From: Paramecium tetraurelia
Lineage: Eukaryota
Reading direction: 5' to 3'
Length of the DNA stretch: 64,000 nucleotides
Assembly (NCBI GenBank): GCA_000165425.1
Contig: CT868096.1
Coordinates: 186,001 to 250,000 of the forward strand
Both the position numbers and the translations under genes were made by a program. Position 1 is the stretch's first letter. Every line of letters starts with the position of its first letter. The notes beneath the pieces were generated by a model. The model saw nothing but the letters and a program-made list of their open reading frames with translations, had not been told where the DNA came from and did not search any database. This document shows positions 14,024 to 26,400 of the stretch, one piece after another.

Positions 14024-15257
14024 TCATTATTGTTATTTTTTACGATGTTGAGGACTGCCTACATTTGATTTACTTTACCTGGTTGGGGAGATTATTTTTG
14101 ATCTTAAACTTCTAAACTATAATTTTAATTCATCCTTATTTGGAAGTTAATGTAAATGAGGACTGTTGCTTCCCTTGACAAAGAAGTTGTTATTTTAAGA
14201 AAAGGGAGTTTTTCTAGGGACTTTTGTGCTTTAATTAGAAAAGAGTTTAATTGCGAAATCCATGATTCCTTCATTTACACCATCATTTTATTGAGGTAGC
14301 TAATGATTTTGATTGCTTCTAGAGGTAAGTAAGCCTGATTTGGCTTGATCAATGTTACCCATCGAAACTTATCTAGATTTAACTCTAGTGGTCATTGATC
14401 CTTTATTTATAGGTGGCTACTATTGTTGGGGTTTTTGAGAATTGTGTTGATGTTAAGAAATGACGATCTTAACAGTTGGAGGCTTGTTAGATGTTGTAGT
14501 AAATTTTGGATAGCGAGAGATGAATGGTGCTTTTAGGTTTTAATTTGCTTTGATTTGCTTTTCAATGTGCATTTTAATTGTATTTGATGGCGTTTGACTC
14601 TTTGTTGGAAAGTGATTAATTCGAATCTGGTTTTTAGGTTCTAAAAAATCAATTGGATCTACTATCTCATTACAGTTTCCAATCTAAATTATAAGATCTT
14701 TAAGCAATGTCGAATTTGTAATTTTCGAATAATCAGCTTAGGTTGTCACTAATTTTAAATCCTTCAATAGATATTTCATATTTTCAACAGAGCAATCCTC
14801 CGATGAATCTTTCTACTTTGTTGGACTATGTTGTACATCATTATATACTCCCAATTCTTTTTTAATTTTACGATATTATATGTTTCTAATCTTTTCCATC
14901 CTACAATTAATTAAGGTCGAATGAAAGTTTCTTGGAATATTAATGTGATATTTGTAGTATTCAAGCAGAGATTAAATTCGAGTATCCGATTCTGAAGACT
15001 TATAAAATCTTGGGATAGAGAAATACCATATACCTTCTTAAGTATTCATTCTCTAAATCATATAAATTGTTATCATAATGTCGAATTCGCTATTTAGTTC
15101 TTTTGGTTTCTAAAATATCATTAATGTCTCTTTAGAAGTAAAAATTTTATGATTGTGCATATTTGCAATATAAGGCTTTTGTAAGAACAAGAGAGAATGA
15201 ACCATCTTGTTTATATTTCAAGCAAAATAAACAAGCTGTCCCTGATTCTTGCTTCAT
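14024..15257 (-). CDS. Uncharacterised family protein (SQNFY..EYLRRFY..EYYKYH motifs); paralog of 47504-48785
   Basis: MKQESGTACLFC..ALYCKYAQSQNFYFQRDINDIL..NEYLRR[intron]FY..LLEYYKYHINIPR, followed by a low-complexity tail. Confidence 0.75.
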
Positions 15258-15749
15258 AATAATTATTATGTTAAATTATATAATTTTATCAAGAAATATC
15301 TAATAAACAATCAAATTTACAATATTGATTATATTGTCTCAATGAAACCACACTTGTTGCCTAAAGATTTAAATGAATTTCTCTATTTTGAACAAAAATA
15401 ATAAAATTAGTTTTTGATATATTTAAATGCATCATATTAATTAGAAACGAATAAGAACTCAGAAAGTAATTGATTTAATTAAAATTGAACAGTAGTGCTA
15501 TATGCAAGACAGATTCTTATTAATAAATGTATTTATGATTCTATGTTCGATTATAGTAATCATGAAATATCAATTGAGAATTTAACTAAGATCTATTCAA
15601 CTTCTTAATGTTGATATAAGGTTTTCATCAGTATTATTTAAGAATATATAGGTATTTTATTAATTGTATATATTATAAAAATTCTAATGGATTATATTTT
15701 ATAAAATGGGAAGGTAATAGTAAATACTTATTAAAATTTGAAATGGAAT

Positions 15750-16936
15750 TCAAAAAAGATCAGTGACAAATTTATCTCTCTAACTTAGGTAATCTGTTAA
15801 AGAGAATTCATCACCGCCCATCACTCCGTCGTTTTTAAATGAAATTTCAGTGAGTCCTCTTTGTTTTATTATTTTTCTATTTATTTTCTTCTCTTTTTCA
15901 ATGCAATTAGGATAGTATGCTTGATAATAAATTCTTTCTTCAGCTTCCATTACCCCAATTAATTGCTGTTTTAAATTATTTTCTAATTCTGGTTTATTTA
16001 ACTAATTATTGTATTTCTTTTACTTTTTAATAATTTGGTATTCTTTAAACTAGGGTTTTTAATTTCTGAAGCAACAGTTATTGTGGATGTTAGGCTGCAG
16101 TTGAATTTGTAATCAGTATAAAATAATTTTCTACATAATTTATTTATTTACTTGCCTAAATGTCATACTCAAATAAGAATTAGCCCATTTCAGAATTCCA
16201 AAAGAAGTGTTACAATGGTGTCTTTGATCTCTGCAGTAGAAATTGTTATATTTGCATTCTTTACATCCTCCACTAATTGTCATTTGCGAATCCTCTCTTA
16301 ATTAACATATAAAAGCATTATCGATTTGTATCAAAAATTGTGAATCCTTTGAAAATTATTTACTTTTAGGACTAGGAGTCTTAGTATTGCTTTTCATCCA
16401 ATAATTGATCTAAATCATTCGAACTTGAAAGTTCTTTATATAATTAAATTTATTAGAATAGACTGGGGACAGCATGCTTTGAATAGCAGGTTTAGTTTAA
16501 ATAATATTCTTTTTCTGAAATTTTCTTTTCAACATCAAAAAAGGCTTATGATTCTAACTCTTCTTTGAAGAACTGTATATTAGATGTGATATACCTTATT
16601 ATAATGTTCTTGGATGATTAAAATGGCGAAAATTTCATTTAATAGTTCAGCTAAATAAATATTCTCAACTTAATTTGAGGCTATCAGAATCAAAAACCTT
16701 TCTATAGATACTTTAATGAAAATACTTTAAAAGTCATCAAATTTCCCTCTTACTTTCCCATACGCAGAGGACATCTCTAAAACTTTATCCTCCAAAACAT
16801 CTTAATCAATTAATTTTTTTCGAATTTCTTTCTGCAAATTAAACCACTCAGAGTCCAATTCAATGTCTCTTCGCATTTCAAAGAAAAATACTGATCTCTT
16901 TAAATCGAAAATAATGAATCCTCTAAATTATAGCAT
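15750..16936 (-). CDS. Protein of two tandem homologous longin-like domains, 4 introns
   Basis: Single frame after removing introns 16702-16725, 16573-16594, 16131-16151 and 16002-16023. The halves start FRGFIIFDLKR and FKGFTIFDTNR and align without gaps. Confidence 0.75.
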
Positions 16937-17440
16937 TTATTAATTAATTAAGATCAATAAAAAAGCTTTTATTACTTAAATCACACATCAGAATCATTTA
17001 ATATTAATCTATTCGGAGACCATCTGAATATTTTAGCAACTATACAAATATAAATTTATTGAATTAATATTAACTTAATTAAATCATAATAAGGAATCAA
17101 TAAATTAAATTATTAATAGAACTAGTTATTTAAGAGGATAAATTAATAATACTCTATCATAACAACATTATCTATAAATATTATTCAATTGGAATCTCTA
17201 GAAGCATTTATCCTAAGAACTAATCTTAAAAGCTATTTCCCTTTATTTTCACATCTTAGAGCTAGTTGCACAATAATTCATTTAAATATATAATTATATA
17301 AACCACTATTTTTTTTGTATTGTTTATTGCCAAAATAACATTAATATCATGTCTGATTCCTTTTATTGGTTCTTTATTATGCAAAATTAAATATAAAGAA
17401 TTCATATATATAAAAAATCAAATTTATATGTACTGATGAA

Positions 17441-19842
17441 TCAAAAGATCTCACAAGCTTGCTATCCAGGTCTCTATTGATACAGCTAGGGTGCTCTATT
17501 AATTATTAGAATACTATTACCCATTTGATTTTGTAGTACTTTCAACTCTAGGCTAATATTATTGATCACTTTGCTTGAAATCATATGGAGTGAAATTGTA
17601 AGTGGATGGTCGAAACTCTCCAGGTTTATAATCACCTGAGTTATCATACAAGTAGTTATAATCTTCGACACTCCCAATGTTATTTTTGTATGGAACTGAT
17701 GATAAATAAGGATTAACGTAGTCATTCGAGGGAGATACATATGATTAGACTGGAAATGGATCATTGGTATCATTATATTTATCCCATTAACTGAAATCGT
17801 ACTTCTTTTTAGGATCACTTGAAATCTGAGGAGCATAATAGGATTGATTATTAATAAAGTTGTAATCATACTCCTGTACTTGCACAGGCTACTATAAAAC
17901 CCCATCATTTTAAATTGGCTTTGGAATTTACTATTAACTCTAGGGTTCAAAAGGGATGGTTGGTATATATTATGAAGATGGGTTTAACTATGTTGCTGGT
18001 ACTTGTGAATACAAAGATGGGTTCTAAGGATTGTAAATATTATTATAAGGGTTAGGACCAGTATTGCTGAACCGACTAGATTGAGAAGTTTAATATTGTC
18101 TGCTATGTTTACTGACGTATTTGGGCTAATAATCAGGCTTATCATTCAATATGAGATCATCTATATTAGCTTATATTTCCTAATTTACTTTATCTTATTA
18201 TTATGGTATCTGTTTGTATTCTAATTGTTAAGATCCCTTCATTGAATCAGACCCATAAAATGGATTGTTAAATGATGGTTTATTTGATATTTAATTTGGT
18301 TATTATTATTATTAATCTTAATTGGCATTGAAGGAATTGCCTCCGAATAATGGTTTATTAGTTTAACTGTTCTCTTGCAACAATTTTTCATTTTAAGGGT
18401 TAGTTAAATATGAATCATTAAGAACACTGTCATATTTTCTCTCATAAGGTATATAGGTGTCATCCAGTTATTTTTATCCTTGAGTTGCTTGTACTTATAT
18501 TTTTTATTAAGAAGGTTATTTTTATCCACCGTTTGAAGTTTCTAATTATTTAGGTTGGCGAGGTTGGGATGCAACTTCTTCAAGATCTCTAGAACACTTA
18601 ACACAAATACACTTTTTTTTCTTCTCTGGTGGAGGTGGTTATTCTGGTTATTAGGGTTATCCTGGTTATTAGGGTTATTAAGGTTATTAAGGTTATTAAG
18701 GTTGTTAGGGTTATTAGGATTATTAAGGTTATTGGGCAATAATAGGCTATTTTATAATATTAGGTTGTGATGCTTGATTATTTATAGGTGGAGGTGGAAT
18801 TTCTAAAGGAGGAGCTTAATTAAGGTATTATAAATTGTTAGTTGGTTAAGAGAAAAATACTTAAGGCTCCTCTTCATATGTTGGTTGTTATTATTATTGA
18901 GGCAAATCGTAAAAGTAGTCATTTGGATCAGGTGGCCAATATGATTAGAGTACTTTCTAACCACCCAAAGAATACTCCAAATGGTTGGGATCAAATTGAT
19001 TAGAAAGGATTCCTAATTCTTTGTCCTTCAAAAATCTTATCTTATTTAATGTAACTGGATCAATGTATTCTAATTTCAGATATTATATTACCTTCTATTT
19101 AGGACCATAATAGATTAATTGACAATGTAGTATTTAAGATATAGATACTTTCGCATGTGTTAGGAAAACATGTTTATAACACTTTAATTATCTAAAATAT
19201 CTTATCTAATGGCATCTTATATGCGCTCTAATCTTTAGTTTAAATTACAGCAATCCAGTTCTCCACCTTACCTGGGTAGAACATATAGTCTTCTACTATT
19301 GCACACAGGATGACAGCTGCTCTTTCAAATAAAGCTAAATCATCTACTAATTTTGTTGAAATTACAATGCAAGGGATATGATTTCTTGTCCTGCCCTCTA
19401 TATATATAGCTCCTTTATACTAGAATGGTTATTTATCATAATACATATAAGGCTTCGACATCGTTACTTAAATCTAGATAACCAGGTTAAAACAAAATGT
19501 TGCTTGTTTATGCCAATTGCTAACTTTATATAAATAAATACATCTAAAGAGGATTGGATATCAAATTTATTAGCATACAGATATCTTAATAATAAACTAT
19601 CATAATGAATATTGGGATCATATAGTTCATTCCTTTGAAGAGCCTGAGCCAATGAACTTATTTGCATCCTTTCGAATTAATCATAATCTTAGATTTTGAA
19701 GATCTTTCTAATTGCATTTTAACCAGTCCCAGCCTTTATACTAGTTGCTAAACAGAATAGAAAAGCATTGCTTACGAGGTAGTATAATATCATCGGCTAT
19801 TTGCTAAGGCAACCTGATATAATCAAATCGTTATTGAAACAT
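17441..19842 (-). CDS. Sec14/CRAL-TRIO lipid-binding protein with long P/Q/N/Y-rich tail and C-terminal CaaX
   Basis: SLLLRYLYANKFDI (CRAL-TRIO N), IYIEGRTRNHIPC, YMFYPG, QLEYI..GGQKVLQSYWPP; last exon reads QRPGQQACEIF*. Confidence 0.85.
18640..18745 (-). repeat. Coding 9-bp tandem repeat encoding (Q-Q-P)n in the Sec14 tail
   Basis: Plus strand repeats ttattaggg/ttattaagg, i.e. minus-strand CCY TAA TAA. Confidence 0.85.
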
Positions 19843-19859
19843 TAGAATAAATAAATAAA

Positions 19860-20887
19860 TCAAAAATTCCTTCTGCTCTTAATAAATTTGATTAGCAAAG
19901 ACAATAAAAACACTAGTAGTAATATACATTCGTATAAGACAACAAAGGGGTAAAGGACTATTCCCCCAATAAAATAAACAAAAAAACTGATCAATAGCAT
20001 TTGAATTCGTGACAGCCTAGAGTTTATTAATGTATGTACCTACCAACTGCTGCTAGGTTATCAGAACGATTAAATAAGTAATAGGATCCGGAAAACGGAT
20101 GTAATATAAGCAGTAAAATACCCAAGGCGATCAAAAGTGGGGAGATTATGAATAATAAAACGAAGGGCAGTATTTAATATAACTTTGGATATTTCCATGG
20201 CATGGTATTAGTGTATTGCTTATTGGGACATCCAAAAAAGTAATTGTAATTATTATAATGTTTAGCTACAATATGCAATGTATAATATACATGTGTATTA
20301 TCTCCTGCAAATCCAACAGAATTGATATTGACATCTCTTACATGTCATATGATTGCATCCACCTTCCTTTTGAACAATAATTTTGCATTTGGGACATCTT
20401 TAGATCTTTTCTTGTCTGCTGTCCAATACAAATATTTCGTCCATCAATTTATTACAACTACTAAATCCATGGGATTCATTTCCACAATCCTTACATATTT
20501 CCTAACCACATATACATCTATCGGTATCCAAGAGTACATATAAATCGCAGGATTTATTGGGACAATGTCTCATACTTGGGTTGTTTTCGCCCTTGTATTA
20601 GGTTCTGAATTTCTCAAATTTTGCAAGTTTTAATTTTTGTATTATTTAAACTACTTCTTCATAAGAGATGGTATATGAGCAGGAAGGACACCTAATATGC
20701 ATCACTATTCCTTCGTCTATCTTTACATTTAAATACTATTCTAAACAATTTCTATATTCATTTAACATATAAACCTGCAGAATCTATGTTTGCATTCTAA
20801 ATCAAAGTTATCTCCTTTGTACTCTTAACAGATTGGACATTAATTTAATTGCTAAGATTCATTTTCATACTCAATAGCTTATTGCAT
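19860..20887 (-). CDS. RBR (RING-IBR-RING) E3 ubiquitin ligase with C-terminal transmembrane segments
   Basis: [12 protein letters not shown][intron][71 protein letters not shown]; hydrophobic C-terminus. Confidence 0.92.
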
Positions 20888-21180
20888 TAATTTATAATTA
20901 TAATTAATGTATATTTAATACCAATTTGAGAAGCAAAGAAACCTAGACTTAAGTTTCGTCACTCTAACAATATCCAAGAGTTTGGAGTAAGTTATTCATG
21001 GCATCTAGATAATTATATGGGATTATTGGAATGGCTAAATTCCATTACTAGATAGTTGAAATTATTGGAAACAAAGCCAAAATAGAAATTGAAGAGGAGC
21101 TCTTATAAGAATTTTGGACAGCTATCTTATTGTGTTCAGAATACGGAAATGTTAAATATAAGTGTGTTTTAATATAGTGA

Positions 21181-23395
21181 TCATTTGACACCTAATAATA
21201 TCAATTTTTCTTATTTTTCTTCATGCTTTTTTACGGCTTCGTCATAATCCTTCTTCATTTTTTCGTTCTTCTCCTTCTCCTCTTGAATCTTTTATTTCAA
21301 TTGTTTTATTTCTGAACTATTCTATTAATATAATGTTTTCTGATCCTTAATAATTTATGCCACCTTATTTTTTTTAGGTTCAATCACATTTTAATTCAGT
21401 ATATCCAATTATTGCTTTTTTTGTTTTCGCATCTCTTGTCTCTCCTGTTATTTAAAATTGTTGACAGATTCCATCACTCCACTGCACCAATTAATTAAAT
21501 ATTGGATTTTCTCAGTTATAAACGATCTTTCATTGTCAAAACTACCGATATCATATGAATTGCTTACAATTTATCCATCTCTCTTAAAGTGTATACCGGA
21601 TACAGCAGAGGTTCATCTAATTTGTCCGTTTACATTCTGGTCATTAAATTCATTTCCTCCTATGTTTCTCTGAATTAATCTAATCTAATCAAAAAGGGAT
21701 TCTTTTCTTTTGTGATATTTTCTGTTGGAATCTCCTTAGTATTGTTTGGAATAGGTTAAGCTAAATTTTTGCATGCTTGCAAGGCTATTTGATATAAAGC
21801 TGATACTATTGTTTTTAAATTAGTTTACATCACCTCATTAATATCTTTAATATTCTTTTAAGTCTCAGGAAAACTCAAAGGAATGAAAAACCTGATCCAA
21901 AAATTTATAATGATCATCAAATTTTGAGTTGCAGGTTACATGTTTTTAAGACATCCTGAATATCCAAATTATAATCTATTTAGCTCGAACTTCGAATGAT
22001 AGTTTTATTATAGGAATTCAAAATCTCGTGTTATTTTGCTAAGGTACTCTAGAGAGTTTTTCTTAAGGGAGTAATTAGAAACTGCTTGGAATACATCTGA
22101 AATATATTATTTTAAAGCATTCGAGTTTTAGATTAAGGCCTTAGGAGTCACTTTCTGTTCTGGAGTTGCGACTACTCTTAAATTAACCTTCATTTAAGCC
22201 ATTTTCTACACCAAAGGATCACTTACAGTGGGTGAAAATCTCATCAATTCTGTTTTATATTCATTTTCCAATTAAGGAGTTTTATCTTTGGATATTTGGT
22301 TTTTAATCGGTCCGACTTTCATAAACTATTTTTTTTGGAACATTAAATAAGTAACCATGATAAAAATTCTTTTTATTTTATAGTTGCTGTTTTGTTTGAT
22401 CAGATTCTTCAATCTCTATTCATCCTAAGTCAAATCATAATACGGTGGGATTGGAACTGGTTTAAGTCGTTGCTTTCTAGGTTTCTACACATACTCCACA
22501 CTAGACTCGCTAGATTAACTTTCACTTTCCAGTACTCCGTTACTAATGTTCTTTATTTATTACTAATATAGATAGAGTCTAATTTAATACAAGTTCTTTG
22601 AGCATGTTTATTTAGTAATTTAGTTTCTTTACTTTCTTATTATCACTTTGCCTATTGGTTATAATCCTTGGTTATTCAAATGGGTAGATAGGTGGAGGTA
22701 TATCGAATAACTTTGGTTATTTAAATGACATTTCGGTTTGCTCATTTAATTTATAAGGTTTTTTTCTCAATTTGATTAATTATTTTTCTAGTTTTTCTTA
22801 TCTTGCCTGAAATTCATTTTATTTCTTAATCATTTCCTTCATGTATTCAAGAGTAGATTCTGAATTTCTGTTTGAATGTATTATTTATTATTGGGGCATA
22901 TGGGCCTTACTATATTAATTTGATAAAGTGTACAATTTAATTCTATGCATAAGGTGCAGGAAAATACTGGAATTACTAAACTTGATTCACTAAAGTTTGT
23001 ATATAGATATTTGTTACTATTTGGTAGTGGATATCCTGGTGGAATAGGATAGGGACTAAGATGATGATATTAGGGGTGCATAGGCACTAGTAATCTAGAA
23101 GTTTAAACATTTTCAGGTTTAGGAGATCTGTTTTAATTTATATAAGGAAGACTAGTTTATTTTTTAGCGATATTATTGACAAGTAGTAGATCCATTAATT
23201 CCATTTCCCTAGATTTTGGTCTATAATAAGTAGGAATATTGGATTAATTTACCTTAATGGAGGAACTTCTTAGGCCCAAGTTGCATAATCTTTTTTTGCT
23301 GTAAACTTGGCATTTTGTATTAGTTAACCAGGTTATTATGGAATAGCACCAATTTGTCCATTAAATTCTCCATGTGGATAATTTGGACTATACAT
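21181..23395 (-). CDS. Hypothetical protein with Pro/Gln-rich N-terminus and coiled-coil C-terminus
   Basis: Long code-6 reading from MYSPNYPHGEFNGQIGAIP to DEAVKKHEEKQEKLILLGVK*. Introns inferred; could be more than one gene. Confidence 0.55.
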
Positions 23396-23494
23396 TTTAT
23401 AATATCGATTTTAATATTAATATTTGATTTTTTTAGTGTGTAAAATATTAGAAAATTAAAAATAGTCTTAATATGATTTAATATTTAAATAAGC

Positions 23495-26400
23495 TCAACG
23501 AAGTGATAGGATTTAGCTTTAGTAATTTGATTATGCTTCAAAACCTATAGATAGTTGTCCATTGCAAATGTTCTGAGAAGTATTGTCCACATTTATAAAT
23601 TACTGGAGCCCGTTAATAAAATATTAACGTTGCTCAGATTGTCTGACTTTGATTTATCTTCTCTTATAAGACGAAATCAACTGAATGGAATATTTCACTA
23701 TATCTATTATTATATTAGAACCTAGTATAATTGTGAACAATCCAATGTGAACCCAACCTAAGATATTGATTATTTCATCATCTAAATTCAAGCAGTAAGG
23801 GAAAAAGGATGTGATTATTGATAAAAAGGTGATTTCTCGTATTATTAGTCTACGTAATTCAATTTTCTGAGTCACAGGTTTTACAACAATCACATAAGAA
23901 CAAAAGGTAATGCATAAAATTATTAATGAAATTGATTGAATAACAGCTGAATTAAATAAAAAGCAAATAATTGCCATGTAAATGGACACTTTGATCATTG
24001 AGAATGGGATAAAGAATCTCGACCAATAATCTGGTTTAATATTCTCATAAAAAATAGAATATTGATTAACATTTTCTGAGTTGTATTATTTTCGTAAGAC
24101 AACAACAGACTTGAATAGGAAGATATGAGGTATGATCATACAAATTAAAGCGTTAAAAGAGTTGAATGTTTCAAATAGACTTTCAACTTCGAATTTAAAT
24201 TAATATTCTGGAAATTAACTATATGCACTATACATTAGTTAATATTGTGATGAAATGAATACTTTGATTAATCCTGAGTAGATGAAGTGATTAGAAGATT
24301 TAAGAGCAAATTATTAGATAGAGTTAAATATTTTATTGAAGAATTTAAGATAATTTAATTTTTGTATTTTCAGTAATTTTTAACACAAGGATTAAGTTTA
24401 TCTAATAAAAAGATTAGCTAATAAGTAACAAAATATGGATAAAAACATCGTCAAGTAGAAACTTTTAGCATTTACTAGAAAAAAGGCATTATTTAATTCA
24501 GTATGCTGTTTCTCCACATTCTTTGATTTAATAAATGGTGCTTTGCCAACGTTTAGTTTTTGAAAGAGAGAATCTATATTCAATTTATCATATAAAGGTT
24601 AAAAAGAGACTACTTTAAACACTTTCAAATATTCATCTAAATGTGATGGAAATGGAACACTCAGGTATCTAACATATGAAAGTTATTGGAGGAGTGTTAA
24701 CATATTAAAAAATAAGTCTAAATTTCCTATTAATACAGATACCGAGGAGGATCCAATGAAGATATATATCATAATTTCGTTAAAAGCAATAGTGCTATTT
24801 AATCTTGAGTATTATTCTAGAGACAATATTAAGGGTGTACCTAAACTAATAGTATCCATTAGTTTAGTAAGTTCATATTTTTCTGAATTAACTAGAATAG
24901 AAGTGATAAATTGAATGGAAACTTGTGGATATTCAACTTTCTCTAATATAGTTATTTGGAAATTGTATTCTACAAATTAAAGTGAGAGAGAGGCTTCGAG
25001 AATAGGCTGGATTAACAACTGAAAATCAACATCCTTAGTAACATTGACTTTGATGAAATCTTCGAATCTAAGGTATTATTTGAGTTAAACTTATTAGTTA
25101 AATTTCAATCTAATAATTTATTAGGAATCCCTCTTTTAAGATAAATTTTATAAGATGATTTTAGGATGTGAGATCATTTTGCATTCACTTATTTTAGTAA
25201 ATTATGATTACACGCATTCCCAATCCTCTTCAACTTAACAGACAGAATTACACCCATCACCATCATCAGTATTTCCATCATCACATTATTCTAATGATTC
25301 CACTAATAAACCATTACCACAAACTGATCTGCATTATGTGTTGTACTCTTCCCAACCAAATGCACATTTATTACAGACACCAAAATTACAATCTAAGCAA
25401 TCTTAATGACATTGAAATCTGCATTCATAACATCCATCATTTGGGATAGTATTCATATCATCACACTCTTCCTACCCCACTTTTAATCCATCACCGCATA
25501 TTTCTAAGCATTATGCATTTTGACTTAATTCAAACCCTTAATTACAGTCTAAACAGTTGTGTTTAATGCATGAATTACATCCATATTAACATTAGATTCT
25601 GCACTTATAACATCCATCATAGGGTAGTATATTACCATCATCACAAAATTCTTCGTTTCCTACTACACCATCCCCACAAATAGAAGAACATGATAAATAG
25701 ATGCATTTTTTATTGGACTCATCCCACACACATAACTCATTATTCTAATCATAAATACAAGCTTCTGATGATGAAATTGACTAGCATGTTGTAATGATTA
25801 CACAGCCTCCTCCAATCTTATTTGTACACTACTCTAAGTAATCTTAACATTGTTGATGAGTCTTCAATGATCTTGAGGCTACACTACAAGTTTTATCAGC
25901 ACAACGATTCTCATCATCCAACCAAATACAATCTTAATAATTAATTGAAAAAGTGCAGCCAGCCATATTAGCATCTGAACAGAGTCTTCTCTCTACACAT
26001 TAAAAGCCATCGGTTGTACACTTATGATTTTTCAAAGCTAACGAACAAGGAACATCTAAATCGTATTTGTAATCATCGCACAATGATATTTTGCATTGTT
26101 TTGTTTAACAGTTGTGATTAAATTATTCACATTCAATCAATTATTTTATTAATTAATTAGCCTTGTGACATAGATGCTCTTTACAATCAAGATTAATTTG
26201 ATCCCAAAAACATGCTACTTCAGAATTATTGGCTTGGTTTGGAGTCAAACATTAGAATTTATTATATTGAGAACAATTATCCAATTTGTTGATACATCCA
26301 GATCGATCTTCATTGATTGTGCATACTACACCAAACTACTCTTAGCATTGCTACAACGTGTAAATACCCTTTGGAGCTGCCTTACAATTATCCAAAATAC

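Noticed and set aside
18542..18770. NNP/NNL and LLG/LLR repeat ORFs
   Set aside because: Alternative-frame or antisense readings of the QQP repeat inside the Sec14 gene.
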